Source of the DNA: Botryllus schlosseri
Lineage: Eukaryota
NCBI GenBank assembly: GCA_051294905.1
Contig: CM119372.1
Location: 20,462,001 to 20,526,000 of the forward strand
DNA: 64,000 bases
Direction: 5' to 3'
Shown here: in pieces, positions 1-15,100 of the stretch
Layout: each line of letters begins with the position of its first letter
How positions within the stretch are numbered: the stretch's first letter is position 1
Notes under the pieces: generated by a model
The model's input: only the letters and a program-made list of their open reading frames with translations
Told to the model about the DNA's origin: nothing
The model's database searches: none
Translations under genes and position numbers: made by a program

Positions 1-342
1 ACCGCTAACACTAAGGCGTATATCAACTGATAAACCTGCTATAGTTGTTACCTGAGTTCCATGTAAGTTGTGGCTAGCTAGATAATACTTAACTCGCAGT
101 GGTAGACGCACTTTCCTTGCGTTAGTCCATGATATGACAACCTCAACGTGAATCTTACGACCGTATTGCCTCAGATAGATATATTGGTCGAATGGATGAA
201 ATATACAGTAGGATATGGCGAATGAGTCAGGCATATAATTCAAATACAAGGGCTAATAAATTCCAAGTCGTGGTAGCGACAAGAAAGATATAAGTCACGT
301 GATATACAGACATGGGGGATGTACCATAATGTGATGTTATAT

Positions 343-970
343 CATAGTGTCCTATATGGTGTCGACACAGGCAAATCTCACGCCTCAGTGAAATTGTATC
401 ACGTAACAATTTCCATTTGGCTACAGGCAATTTGACGGTCATTTTTGACCGGATTGCCGAGCATTAAATTTTGTCAAACGGGTATCAATCGAAAGCTGAC
501 TCTGCACTGATTACGAAAATATAAATTTTATTCTGCTCGTGTCCCTGGAACTGCCACAATCAGTCTCGCATTTTTCATTGTTATGGAGATTGGCATTGGG
601 ACGCAACAATGCTGTCTGGCTCTTTTTCTATTGAGCTACTCTCTCGTTACGCCAGACAGCATTGTGACGTCCTGAGCTACTCTCTCGTTTCGCCAGACAG
701 CATTGTTGCGTCCCAATGCCAATCTCCATAACAATGAAAAATTCGAGGCTGATTGTGGGAGTTCCAGGGCCACGAGCGAAATAAAATTCATATTTTCGCA
801 ATCAGTGCAGAGTCAGCTTTCGATTGATACCCGTTTTACCAAATTAATGCTCGGCAAGCCGGTCAAAAATGACCGTCAAATTACCTGTAGCCAAATGGAA
901 ATTGTGACGTGATACAATTTCACTGAGGCGTGAGATTTGCCTGTGTCGATACCATATAGGACACTATATG
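343..970. mobile_element. Foldback (long inverted repeat) MITE with 7-bp TSD, P-superfamily-like
   Basis: Arms at about 344-620 and 692-967 are near-perfect reverse complements. Termini are CATAGTGTCC...GGACACTAT(AT)G and GTTATAT is duplicated at 336-342 and 971-977. A diverged copy of the left half lies at about 28777-29040. Confidence 0.8.
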
Positions 971-1032
971 GTTATATCTTATAAGTGTATGAACCGCGAG
1001 AGGGCGCAGGGCGTTCCATAACACCTACCTAC

Positions 1033-1459
1033 CAGAGATGAGCGGATTTGAAATTTCTATGTCCTAATCCAATCCAAATCCGAACCTTCCAATCCAAATC
1101 CAAATCCTAATCCATAACTTTTTCATATTCAAGTCTATGTCCAATCCTCATCCGATTCCAACTGGAAATTCAGAAAAAATACTAATTTATGCAATGGAGG
1201 GATTCGAAAATTTTCTTTCACAACCAACGATTCACTTGATTCAAGATAACTTAGTAACCATGAGTACATTAATAACTGATCTGAATAAAGTTTGTCGCCA
1301 TTCGCCACACGACATTTCAATCTACCAGAAAATAGGTAAATCCAATCCAAATCCTAATCCGTTCTGAAAATAATCTTTAATCCAAATCCAATTCAAATCC
1401 GACAAAATTTCACAAATCCTGTTTTTTCAAAACCTAATCCTAATCCATGCTCATCTCTG
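1033..1459. mobile_element. hAT-type MITE with internal AATCC repeats
   Basis: TIR CAGAGATGAGC...GCTCATCTCTG, exact 8-bp TSD CTACCTAC (1025-1032, 1460-1467), subterminal (A)AATCC arrays. Confidence 0.85.
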
Positions 1460-1806
1460 CTACCTACGTAGTAGGCCTACGTAGCTTTCGAGGGTTGGCA
1501 ATTTGAGAAGAAAGATGTGGCGTTATAAACATTTTCCCAACTAGCTTGTTCGAAACGGTATTTTAGTATTTCAAGGAGATTTGTCGAATTTCTTTCCCGG
1601 TCGACGCATACATAATGCCTTGGTAGGAATTGTCAACGGTGTGTTTTCTGATGTCTGCTCACAGATGGCTGAGTCTATCGTACGGCGCCATATAGAGACA
1701 TATTCTCTGTGCAAGTTGCACTTATGCCATTTACCCTCGTACAGATCTGCTACCAGATGGCATAGCGTATCTCTAGGCCTACATATTAACGTACATTCTG
1801 GTGCAG

Positions 1807-2680
1807 GATCCGACAAACGAAATCCGAAGAATCGCAAAATTCCTTGCTATTGACTTGACCGATGAACAAATCTCCGTTGTGAGGGAGAGAACATCATTTG
1901 ATGCGATGAAAAAGAACCAAGACGATGCATCATCTGCTTCTAGCAAGAACGCTATGAAAAAATCAATGAATCGCATGCGGAAGGGTGTGTGTTAACAATG
2001 TCAAGCTCTTCCAGGTCTTTTCGAGTGGCGGGCTGGCGCTGCCGAATCCGCGCATATACATAATTTATTATCATAATAAGCAACCGCGGTCACAGTGAAC
2101 TGTTTGGCCGTGTCTGTACCCTGTGGATGTACAACCAAATTTTAACACAAATTTTTCAATCATACAATACTGTTAAAGATTGCTGCTTCTTAGACGAAAT
2201 TTCTTTACCTGTCTAGCAATGCTCCCTCTAATTTTTGACGAGTCTGCGCGCACTCACCTATTCACTGCGCGGTCCCTTGGACAACAGTGTGTAACGACTA
2301 AAAAAAAGGTCATCACTTCGGATTTTTTGTGAGCAGCTGAGATTTTCTGTGCGCAGAGACCATGTCAGCACTGCGCGATCGCGCACGTGCGCAGCTTAGA
2401 GGAAACATTGCTATCAAGTTTTATATTGACTATAAAGACGCTTGGAAAGAGACTTCATGCACGGAAAAGCGCGGTACTTCACTAAAGTGACAAAAATATT
2501 GTTCAATTGGATTCATATCGAATCCGCTATGAGATGTGTGAAACGCTATTCAAAAAATTATCTGTTTCAGGACAAGTGGGATCATGGAAAGACACCTTCA
2601 CCGTCAGCCAGTCTGAAATGATGGATACCATGATGTCAAAAAAATTGTCCGGAACCGACATCGAATTCATATATCAATAG
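1807..2680 (+). CDS. Cytosolic sulfotransferase (SULT1-like), last two coding exons; 5' part not found in window
   Basis: Exons 1807-1984 (DPTNEIRRIAKFL...RTSFDAMKKN...RMRKG) and 2571-2680 (QVGSWKDTFTVSQSE...IYQ*) join through a GT-AG intron. This rebuilds the RKGxxGxWKxxFT PAPS-binding/dimerisation region. AATAAA at 2731. Confidence 0.85.
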
Positions 2681-3228
2681 CGTCATAGAAATACATGTGT
2701 GAAATATCCGTTTCGTGTTTACTTAATTACAATAAATTTATCTTTTCGGCGATGGTTTCGTGGTATTTGTGGTGTCACACTCATATGAAGGTGAAGAGAT
2801 CACGACATTATAACAAAATAACATGTAATATCAGTAGGGAGTAAAGACCACCTCGACCAAAAAAGTCCAAAAAGACCAAGAGGTTATAAGTCGTGAATGC
2901 GATGTCATGATTACGGCATGACTCAATGAGAAAGGACCGTTGAAAATCATATCTTGCACAATTCAGGGGAAAATGGTCGACGGTTTCGACGATATTACAA
3001 TGAAGACATAGCGAAGTATCTGAACTTATAGTGCTACAAGATAGTTAAGTGAGTAGAGATACGCAACAACTCGCTGTACCACAGTGCATCAGCATGCAAC
3101 TGCATCGGCGCACGACCGAGAGCGCAACACGTTCGGGTCAATGTACAGTTGTACAATGTCCATGTTCAGTTGTTCACGTCCATGAGTAAGTGAAGGATGA
3201 GCCATAATTCATTTTGCGTGCTTCAAAC

Positions 3229-3825
3229 TATAGATAACTAACCTACGGATAGATGGGCAACACGTGACTCACGGACGAGTGATGCGACAACGGCAGATTT
3301 GTTGTCGCTTCATAGCATGAAACGGGAGCGTAATTGCTAAGCCCATAGATGATGACCCGAGCGCTCAAATTAAATAAAGTTGATCTTATTTGAAAGCTAC
3401 AGTCGCACTGATTCTGATAATATACATTAAATTTTCATCAAGGCAATGGAACCACCCCGAAATAGCCTTCAAAATATGAAAATCGGCATTGTTCTAAGCA
3501 ATCGCAACCACGCACGGACCGTTATTATGGTCATTGTGCTGCGCCATTGCAATTGTTTAGAAAAATGCCGATTTTCAGGCTTTGAAGGCTATTTCGGGGT
3601 GGTTCAATTACCTTGATGAAAGCTTAATGTATATCATCAGAATCAGCGCGACTGTAGCTTTCAAATAAGATCAACTTTATTTAATTTGAGCGCTCGGGTC
3701 GTCATCTATGGGCTTAGCAATTACGCTCCCGTTTCATGCTATGAAGCGACAACAAATCTGCCGTTGTCGCATCACTCGACCGTGAGTCACGTGTTGCCCA
3801 TCTATCCGTAGGTTAGTTATCTATA
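3229..3825. mobile_element. Foldback MITE (about 600-bp near-perfect palindrome) with 7-bp TSD, P-superfamily-like
   Basis: TATAGATAACTAACC...GGTTAGTTATCTATA, arms complementary almost to the centre. TTCAAAC is duplicated at 3222-3228 and 3826-3832. Confidence 0.85.
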
Positions 3826-3978
3826 TTCAAACACCCCTACCTCACGCGGCAATCACACCGCTGCAATGTCTGCAAATTTCGTGCTGATTGTGTCAGTTGG
3901 GTTGCAGAATGCAGAGTTAACTCGTAGTATTCAATCTAAATCGCGTGATGCCATAGCCAGGATTGAAAGGCCGGGTAT

Positions 3979-4262
3979 GGGGAGAGAGAGAAAGGGGTAT
4001 TCATTTTGTACTGCACCATCGACAGGATTTTGACGACGGAGATGCGATACGACCGTAAGGTCATCGAGTCTGCACTGCAGCACCAGCACCGTTTTTTCTC
4101 TACTATGCTATCTGTGGTCTGTGGATGCTGAGCGCCTAGCAGGATAGCCGCAGATATCAGTTTTAGAGTCTTTGGTCAATTGGTCTGACCCGGCCGGGGA
4201 CCGAACCCACAACCTACCGAACAAGAAGCCGGATGCATCACCATTACACTATCTCGCTCGGC
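3979..4262 (-). mobile_element. tRNA-derived SINE (same family as 16185-16440)
   Basis: The reverse complement aligns over its length with 16185-16440 and has box A TAGTGTAATGG and a box B-like GGTTCGGTCCC. Confidence 0.75.
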
Positions 4263-4377
4263 TGTATGGAGTGAAGCAGTGACGTGAATTTCTTCTTATA
4301 AAGGCTATGGTGAGACATTTGACAGGCAAAGCTAAATACGTCTCGACTCTATATCCTATAGCCCTCCATGAATATAG

Positions 4378-4630
4378 TGGCCTGACCTATCGATCTCGCC
4401 TCCTGGCTCCTGTGACATACCACCCCATTTTTTGTCGCTTGCTTTTTATTATACTATCTTCTTCCACTTTTCATTCAGTGTGCATGCCTCCTCTTCATAC
4501 ATCGCCTAGGCCAAGGTGGGTGTCTTATTCCAAATACTACTCCAAGTCGTTTCGACACCTTCCTATCTTTTCATTGTATCGCATTTTTGTGGTGTATTGA
4601 ACTGATAAAAGTTACTAATAAACCGAACCA
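4378..4630 (+). repeat. 5'-truncated 3' end of the CR1/L2-group LINE
   Basis: Matches the 3' UTR attached to the RT remnant at 34420-34560 and 32720-32855 (minus). Other copies lie at about 42160-42413, 12735-12793, 16516-16554 and 30070-30130. Confidence 0.75.
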
Positions 4631-5150
4631 AAGCTAGGTCTTTTATACATATAAAATTTTCAGAATTTTTCATGAACTATCATAGCCTTTATAAAGGCTA
4701 TGGAAATATCGCTGATATTAACCCATTCAAATATCTGAATGTGGGACTTGAGAAAGTAGCATACTAGCACAAGTAGGTAAACATACTTGAGTTATTTAAA
4801 AAATTAGAAGCAATACTGAAATGTCATGTTTGATAATAATGGGAGTGAGGAGACTGGGATGAAGTCAAAACAACTCTGTGAAGTTGAAGTCTCAGTGGCC
4901 TTGTTCGAATGATAGACCGTACTTGTTCGTTTCGACATCCTCCTATCTGTTCAATACATTGCATTGTGTCCTGTGTATCACTATCAGTACTATGTACATT
5001 GATCAGATGAAAATAAATAGGACAGCTGATTATATGACTCTAGCTCTTATCCAAGCAATAGAACCGGAAGGCTTGGAAGCTACCTCAATTTCAATTATGT
5101 CTCTAATAATCAGGTGTATTCCAATAAAAATTGTAAGGAATTGAATATAG

Positions 5151-5894
<744 letters not shown>

Positions 5895-6197
5895 CTTGAA
5901 GATAAATTCTGGACCATTTCGTTCCAGTTGCTATACTAAAACAGCTGGATGTCTTTTTGACAAGCATTATCTTATAGCAGATATTACAACATTCAAATAT
6001 TACAAAGTCTTGTCATAGTAATTATTATAATACCATGCCTATCATTTGATTTGAGAGTTGAAGCTATTCCCTCTGTCTTATACAATGCAATGTAATGTCT
6101 TACAATGTTTGTGAAATTCATCCTCATCGCTATATTTTCAATGTAGGTATAGGCAGCAAAGCATGACTTGATTGTTTGTAACATTATTGTCTTGAAA

Positions 6198-9100
6198 ATG
6201 CATTCCAGTGCTGTAGCAATGCCAGTGAAAAGAATGATACAATTGAATAAGTGAGTATGATGGGCTACGATTCCTACGAATAATAGTCTCTATGATACGT
6301 TGAAATGATATAGTTTTCCATTCAAAAGTTACTGATGAGGAAAAGCTGACGATGAACGTAGGAGCAATAAACATTTCAAATATTTGAGTTTACCCCTGGC
6401 TGACACTGCCACTCCTGTCAGGACAGCCAAGATTTACTTCAAATACTAGTAGAAAAATCTTGGTTAAAAACTACTCTGGCATATCTAAAAGTACCTTGAT
6501 GTAATGTGTCTCTTTTGTTTTCTTGCAAAATACTTGTGATAGCAAATTCAATGACATCCCTTTCAAAATTAATCCAAATCTATCCATCGAGAACTTCCAA
6601 CTTGAAAACAGTGTGAAAAATTCTTTCTGATGAAAATATTGAGGCATTCTAGTACAGACAATGTGCTTGATTACTCAATTAAGTGTTGCAGTCTTGTACT
6701 ATTTTCGCACCACCGGTCTTGTCAGGCATTTCAATATAATACACAACCATTTATATCGTTGTTCATCTGGAACTAGATACTTCGAATTTGTTTATTGATG
6801 AATTTTACCGTCTTTTTCATAGGTTGTTCCGCGGTCAATTCTTACGATGCATATTTTCATCACGGCTTTCTCGTTCTCAATCAAATCTGACCGCCGATCG
6901 GTATAACGTCAAGAGAGGGCCGTATGGCTCCGTGTCACAGGATGATATCGGAGTATTTCGTAACATGCTTGAACCACATAGAGTTGTTACTGACGCTACG
7001 GAATTGGAAGCTTACAATGAAGATTGGCTCAGGACAGTAGCGGGACAGAGCAAGGTGAATAGGCTAGGTCCGTTGATAGCACGGCATTGATGTTCTCTGT
7101 AGGCTATGATGTATTGTTAGACATTAGATCTTGTCCTATGAATCACTGACACTACCGTTATTGAAATATGAGGATCTGTGCATCTGCATCCCGTTATTAT
7201 GATGTAATTACTACAATGCTTAACAAATTGGAAAAATATCTAAGTTGACTTGAAAAAATGGGGCTGTGGGAATTAAAACATTCGAAAATAAAACCGACTT
7301 CACTACATTTGCAATTAATTGGTTGCTTTCCAAATTTCACCCACAGTTTCCCAATTTCATGCAATTTCACTCTGTACATGTACTAATTTACTTGTATGTC
7401 AGATCTGAAATAGTATTGAGCTCTTTTTGTTGTTCATAGCCTTCTGGTTGTGATAAGGATGTGGTTGCTGTTTGCCGCACACTACTTCCTGTGCCATACT
7501 TCCATTGGTAGCGTATGTGGACTAGGAACATAAAAAGCTCGCATACATGCCAGGCATATCTCATAGTTGAATAAGAATTATAATGCTCACATGCAATTTA
7601 ACGATGACATTGCTGCAAATTCGTACCCATGTCAGCATTCAAGTAACTGTTCATCAGGTGATGCTGAAGCCCAGAAATACTGATGAAGTGTCAACTATAA
7701 TGCAACATTGCTATAAAAAGAACTTGGCTGTTTGCCCGCAGGTGAGCATGCAGTGTTTCTATCTTGGTATGCTGAAGTGTATTGCCTCTGACTTCATCTA
7801 TCTGTGCACGTTTTTCCGATATTCTAAACCCATGTGTCTATCAAAGAATGATCATAGAAATCGAGAATGATGCTTATAGCAGACTCGTATGAAATCAAGA
7901 AAGAATGGACTTCTGTGTATTGTATATATTCAAAATGTCACTTCAAACTTGGAAATTCCACAATCTTCATATTGATGACGGTATCTTGAGCATGCAAACT
8001 TATGTCAGTCACAACCGATTCCGAGGAAATAATCTTGTTCCTGCGTGGAATATATTGGAATGGAGCGCGTTCCTGTATTTCTATCATCATTCCCACAAAG
8101 CTGTTCTATTTGAGTATAGGAATTAGAAGTTATCTCTGGCACTTGACCTCATATTCTTTTATATGGCAGAGCTCTTCTATTTTAAGCTACTTGCACCTTG
8201 ATCTCATGATATTTATCAACTTACAATACTGCCAGTTGTGTTCTGGAAAATATTTTGGATAACTACTAACTAGTATTTAATATCTGGAAATTCATGTTGA
8301 ATTCTCATAAAAATGGCATTACAATAATATTGAAATGACATTAGTGGAAAAGATGCTTCAATAATTTAATTTGGATATCATTTTACAGCGGTGTTTGAAT
8401 GACGCAGAGTGTTGAACTAAATCACACATTATTCTATTTGATGCCCATTTTTGATTGGGCCGCCTAATCTATTTTAGTAAATGTATTTTTTTTCCACTTC
8501 CTAGGGCGGTAACACTGGATTAGTTGGTGGCAGTGTTCCAGTATTTGATGAGGTGATCATTTCCACTCAACTGATGAATAAGATCTTCTCGGTTGACACG
8601 TTATCAGGTACTGTGCTCAGATTATCTGCATCTGTCAGGAATGTATCTTCTATAGTTCTTTTGTAGATCCATGTGCCATGTAAACCTATATGCACATAGT
8701 TACTAACCTGTGTAACATACTGACTTTGTCATAAAAAAGAAGTATGTTATTGAATGTGTATAATCAAGTGTTGTAAGCTGGTTTACAAGTTACATTTTGT
8801 GATTTGTTGGCTACAGTGACTGTCATTGATTATAATTTATTTTTACACAAGCATTCGGGTAGAGTGCTGGGGACAGTCCTGTGCAGAAACGATTGTGGTC
8901 TACTAATGACTGAGTTTCAACTGTGATGTCTAGCAGACAAATGTAACTCTTAGTTAGCCTGTCTTCATACTTCAATTGCAATGTTATCCTACATATTTTC
9001 TCTTCCAAGATATGATATGTTCATGTAATTTGTACAGGTGTGATGATATGTCAGTCTGGTTGTATTTTGGAAAATCTGAACAAATCACTTTCGGAACACA

Positions 9101-12100
9101 ACTTGATCATGCCTCTCGACCTTGGTGCTAAGGGAAGCTGTACCATTGGTGGGAACCTATCGACAAATGCAGCCGGTATCCGGTTTTTAAGATATGGATC
9201 GCTAAGAGGATCAGTATTAGGTATTAAAGCAGTAAGTAGTATGCTTGAACACTATTTTTCAGTGTTCAGAGTATTCATTCCCATTAAATTGTTCATTATC
9301 AATTGTTCAAATACATCAATGTGCTTTGAACAGGTATTGGCAGATGGCACGGTACTTGACACGATGACCTCAGTTCGGAAAGATAACACCGGCTATGACT
9401 TGAAGCAATTACTAATTGGATCTGAAGGAACGCTTGGCGTCATTACAGAGATATCTTTGCTTACCCCCATCAAACCAGCATGTGTCAACCTAGCCTTCTT
9501 TGGTTAGTGAAAGTCCATTCGGTACCATAGCTATCTCATAAGCTATACTGTTTTGTTCTCCTGAACTACTGCACTCTAATACAGTATAATTGGCTATCTG
9601 GCATAGGCGAGTTGGTGATGTCCACACTGACGTTGTTTTTTCAGAACTAGCTTACATACCGGTACAGATTATAATCATTTTGTCCTGAATTCGTTTCATT
9701 TATTACGGTAGGATATAACTTCTACAAAAACACCATTTTCCAATTGACAGAATTCGAGAACTGTTAACCACAACAGACAAGTTTGTTACAAAATTAAGTC
9801 GATAACGGCTTAGTCTTCTCCGGAAATATTTCGGAATCAAGAAAGTATACTTACTTCTCACAGCTGACAATGTAAGGAATAACTTAAAACATATAGCGTT
9901 GATACAGTTTTAATTAGATGGAATCATTTTGGGTTTTAAATAGGGCTGGTTGTAACGATTTGAGTAACGAGGTTTTTTTTAGTAATGAAAATATACATCA
10001 TCAAACCAAGGGTAATATTTTATCAACGAAAATTATTTTTCCATTACCGGTACTTCATTTTCACCGCTGCAGTTCCAGAACCTCGGTTCGCCATTAAAAA
10101 CATGTTGCATAAAGGAAATTATTTTGGATGACATGTACTAGCAACATTTTTTTTGTGGATGTAAAAAAAAGTACCGCTATTTGATCTTACAACGTCATTA
10201 TCACTGTTGCCAGAATACTTGATTACTCGACTCGTGTCGGATCTTAATACTCAACTCAGAGTTGAATCACCCGGATACTCGATTTTGTACAGCTCAGTTC
10301 TATATTAGTAACTCACTATCAATTAAAACCGAGATACAACGTTCAAGCAGCTTGTGTGAGCTATATTTGGCATAGATGACGAGTGTTTGATAGATGTGGA
10401 GTAAGACAGAGTCTGTCAACTTACAAGTAGGCTTCACCGATGCACCTGTGTTATTTCTCTTTATTATCAACTGACTCTGATTCACATAAGATTTATCAAC
10501 AGTTCCATTAATGCTTTGTGTAATGCGCAGGTGCGGACTCATTTGAGGATCTTACCTCGATGATGAAACTGGCCCGACGATCGTTGGGAGAAATCGTATC
10601 AGCCATTGAGTTCTTGGATCACGATTGCATGCAGGAAGTTCAGACCCAGCTTGGATATTCCAATCCAATATCACGTTACCCGTTTTACATGCTTGTTGAG
10701 ACTTCAGGTGATTGTCGCTCTATAGGCAATAGACTGTAGGATACCAACGTCGCTGTTCATTTGATCTACCTTTAGGCTCAAACGCTCAGCATGACGAAGA
10801 AAAATTGACTGTGTTTGTAGAAAAATGCCTGGAATCGGCACTCGCAAAAGATGGTACAGTTGCAACTGACCTTGGTAAAATAGAGGTAGGCTTCTTACTC
10901 CGTCATTGCTTCATCTCCGACACGTGTACTGCAGTGTTGGGATCAAGTCACTACCTTCGAGTCACGAGTCATTTCGAGTCATCGCACATTTTGACTCGAG
11001 TCAAGTCAAGTCAATCGATTTTCAAAGGTGACTCGAGTCAAGTCACTCGATTTTTGGAGGTGACTCGAGTCAAGTCAAGTCAAGTCACGAGTCAAGTCAA
11101 AATTCAAGTCAAGTCGGCTTTTCGAAGTATGAAGCATGATTAGTGATTACGTCATTGCATTTCGCTAGGTGTCTGAATAACAGATTGATTGGTCATTGAT
11201 TCTGAACCGATGAACGAAAGAACTAATATAGAGTTGAATAGCCAAATACATGCAATAAGGGGCTGTATCGCTCAAACAGAACTGTTAAACTACGTAAGTA
11301 ATTGCATAGCCTCATTTTATAGTTACTAGTCAAGATAAAGAATCGAGAAACGAATTGATAAGATGCAATGTATCATCCATTTATACATAATATTGGTATG
11401 ATACAATTCGAATCTGCACCAATGGCTGAAGAGTATATAAACTATATTCGATTACAATTTAAATAAAACAAGAGGTTCGGTTAAGGTAAAACAGAGAACA
11501 AAAATATATATTTTACTATTAAATTACTTTACTACTAGTTTACGACAACGTAAGTTGTAGCTTCGATCACTTCGTTTGTGGTCCATATATTTGTGAGAGA
11601 ATATTTGACGATCAGTAAAACGCACGATCATTGAATGATTGGTCGCTGTCATGGGTTACACAAGTGTTTGGCGAACAATCCGAACATATGCAAGATAAGG
11701 TGATTTTTACTTGATGACTTGAAATTGACTCGTGAATTTTGCTCCGAGTCACGAGTCAATCCACATTTCTTACACGCCGAGTCAAGTCAAGTCATTTTAG
11801 CAAAGTGACTCGAGTCAAGTCAAGTCATACGAAAAAGGTGACTCGAGTCATCCCAACACTGGTGTACTGCCGATCAATGACACAGTTTTTACTGTATCTC
11901 GACCCTCGTATCTTAGTTATAATTGATATATAATGAAATCTTGTCTAGCGGGGATAGCTACCAAAGTCATAAATATGTTGCTACTCAAGCTACATTTATG
12001 AGAAAAAAAATGCTGGACCGTGTATGAAACGAATGTTCATCGGTGCGCATCAAAAGCCACGGACCAACACTATGAACTGTATAATTGAAATAACTCAACT

Positions 12101-15100
12101 CGCATATAATTTTCAGATGAGAGATTTTCTTATACCTTCACAATCGATGTTAGAAAAATGCTGGGTAATTCCCTAAATGGCTTCTAAACAGTGCTGGGAC
12201 GACTCAAGTCAACTTTTTGGGATGACTCGACTTGGCTAGGCGTCTAAAAAATTTCGATTGACTCGTGACTCGAAGCAAAATTTCCGAGTCAATTTCGAGT
12301 CCTCAAGTAATCAATGCCGAATAAATCGTTGTACCCATACTGGCTGTAAAGTACATACATGTTCTTGACACGCTGATACGGTCTGTGTGAGAAACCAGTC
12401 AACTATTGATTGTGCAGCTTGGTTTCACGTTTTACGTTGACAGCAAACAAATTGATTAGAGCTTAAGGAGTGATATATTAGTTTATTCATTTATATTACT
12501 TGTCAACAATCGGCACATGCTTAAATTGTATCATATGGATGTGTTAGTGGATTGTGCATTGCATCATATCAATTTGTTTCAACCCTACAAGATTTCATAC
12601 TCTGTCATCTATTTGACGGACAGTTGCTGACGTGGCCTTAGATCTAGTAGTTCTACGTATATGGGAGCAATACAACGCCCTTTTGAACGGGTAATTAACT
12701 TGATTTTATTACTCGATTCACAATTAATAGTGAATCATCATCATCATCATTGGTTTATTAGCAATTTTATCAGTTCAATACATCACAAAATGCACAAAAA
12801 AAATTCAATCATCTGGTTTGAATAATGCCTCAAACTTTGCAAATTCGACATGACTTTATGACTTGATTCGTGACTTGACTCGACTTGACTTGAGTCACCT
12901 TCGAAAATCGAATGACCTGACTCGAGTCAAAATGTCGAATGACTCTAATTGACCTGTGACTTGAAGGTAGTGACTTGATCACAACACTGCTTCAAAATGG
13001 TATCATTTCTTTTTGGCAGTCGAATATTACACTATCGATATACTTTGTTGATCAGCATTCTCTTGTCTTTGTGACAAAACTTAGCATGAGCTTCTTGGAG
13101 GTACAGAACTTCAATATACAATTGAATAGTATATTCATATTGAAATTAACCCAAATACATTTGGCTGACACTCGTCAGCGGTAATCGTCAGTAACTAGTA
13201 GAGAATTCGAAGGGTGAGACTTTCACCGTGCGTGATGCACGTGTTCTAAAAAATCTAAGCAAGCAAAAGTAAAGCAACTATGTATATCCATTGTGTGAAG
13301 CGGCGTTTATTTGTAGTTTTATACCCTGTTTTGCCATGTTGTATCTTTAATGCAGGCTATATGGAGCCTAAGAGAAACGATTGCCGAAGCGTTGAAAAAA
13401 CGAGGATACACTTACAAATACGACATTTCATTACCGACCAACGAAATGTATAAGCTCGTAGAGATCATGAGGGATAGAATGGAAGGTTTATGTACAGTAT
13501 ATGGATACGGCCACCTGGGTAAGTTGTGCTTCTCGGATTCGACCTTCAAATAATCAGAGAATTTTGCGTATGATAACCAAACTATGGTTCTGGAATTGCA
13601 CAAAATTGCATTCACAAATTTGGTTGGCATTGTCGCGTCTATGGAATGGTATATTTGTGTATGCTACTTAGTAGCCTCATAACATACAAGATCCTTGATT
13701 AGAATCAATTTTACTAGCAAGCATTGCAATGATATTGATTTATAGCATGAGATGTATGCAAACATTTATACACTTGCACATTTGCAAACAATAAAAGGTT
13801 TATGTCAGTATTGACTGCCTTGCTGATACTCTAACCGACACGGTGACATTTGCCAGAACCATTTACCATGATCAGTTTTCATAGTAATAGAAAATAGGGT
13901 GATATAATTATGCCAATATTGATAAAAATGTTATGATTATGATTAAATGAAGCAATATGACTGAATACATGGCCAATATCGCTAATCCCTGTTGTAACGA
14001 ACTTTGCCCCACAGCATATTCTTATTGTTCCAGGCGACGGCAATTTGCACTTAAATCTAGTTACTGATGAATATGATCAGGAAATTATGTCAAAGATCGA
14101 ACCATTCGTGTACGAGTATACTTCAGAGATGAAAGGGAGTGTCAGCGCGGAACACGGGCTCGGGTAAATTAAATTGTCCGCATATTATCCGCTTTTGGAT
14201 GCGCTGGGAGTCCTTCGCTCCTCGGATATTCTTGTTGGAATATCGGTATCCCATTCAGTACGTGCGAGAGTGGTACATTGCAATTGGCGAGTGGGATTCA
14301 ATAAAGTGACAGAAATTTAATCACCTGTTATTGATACTTTGATTTGCATCCACTCAGTTTTCAGCAGGAATTTTTCTCAGTTTGCCTATGCTGTAGATCA
14401 GACTCATCTTAATGGTCAAAATTCTACTCGACTAGGGATTGGGGAAGGGGCTGCGAAATTCCACGAGCAAAATTGAGCTATATAATAAAGTAGGGGTACA
14501 TTGAAAAGCTAAATTACAGAAGTTACTTGTGCGATGTATAGTTGTTATCTACTCTCATTTATCAATTCATTATCTTCGTTTCCTGGTCAAACATTCTAGT
14601 TGCTGCAATTCCTTGGAGTTCATTATGAAGTGCCTTTTAAAATTATATCGTTACTGTCACAACATTTCGCCATATTTTCCCATCATTGTGTTATTCTAAA
14701 AGACAAAAAATTGGGAGAAACAAAAAGATCTTCACCAAGAATGTGACGTTGTCATAGTAGATGATGTCGCGGTGTTTGAAATTGAAAATTTTGACGGGGT
14801 GTTGTGACTGATACTATTTGGCTGCGCCCATTCTGACAAGTTTTGTTTCAAATTGCTGCACAATATTGACAAATTGTGACATTCTTACTGCTTAGTCGTA
14901 ACAATAGAACATTTTCCCTCAAAACCACTTTAAAAACTGTTTTAACGTTTCATTCAGTTAACCTCATTGTCACTTATATTAACTCACTTGTTTTTTCGTG
15001 CTTTATAGCTTCAAGAAAAAGGACTTCATCGGCATGAGCAAGCATTCGTCCGCCGTCTCTGTAATGCAGCAATTGAAGAATTTGTTCGATCCAAAGGGAA

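Noticed and set aside
4681..4702. Perfect 22-bp palindrome CATAGCCTTTATAAAGGCTATG upstream of BDH2
   Set aside because: A half-copy at about 4297 suggests a repeat terminus rather than a specific regulatory site. Function cannot be supported from sequence.
10940..11120. Regularly recurring GACTCGAGTC/CAAGT units resembling a CRISPR array, and ORF 10805-11143 extension with RVKSSQ repeats
   Set aside because: Eukaryotic context, irregular spacing with no unique spacers. The units are subterminal repeats inside a TIR/TSD-bounded hAT element in an intron.
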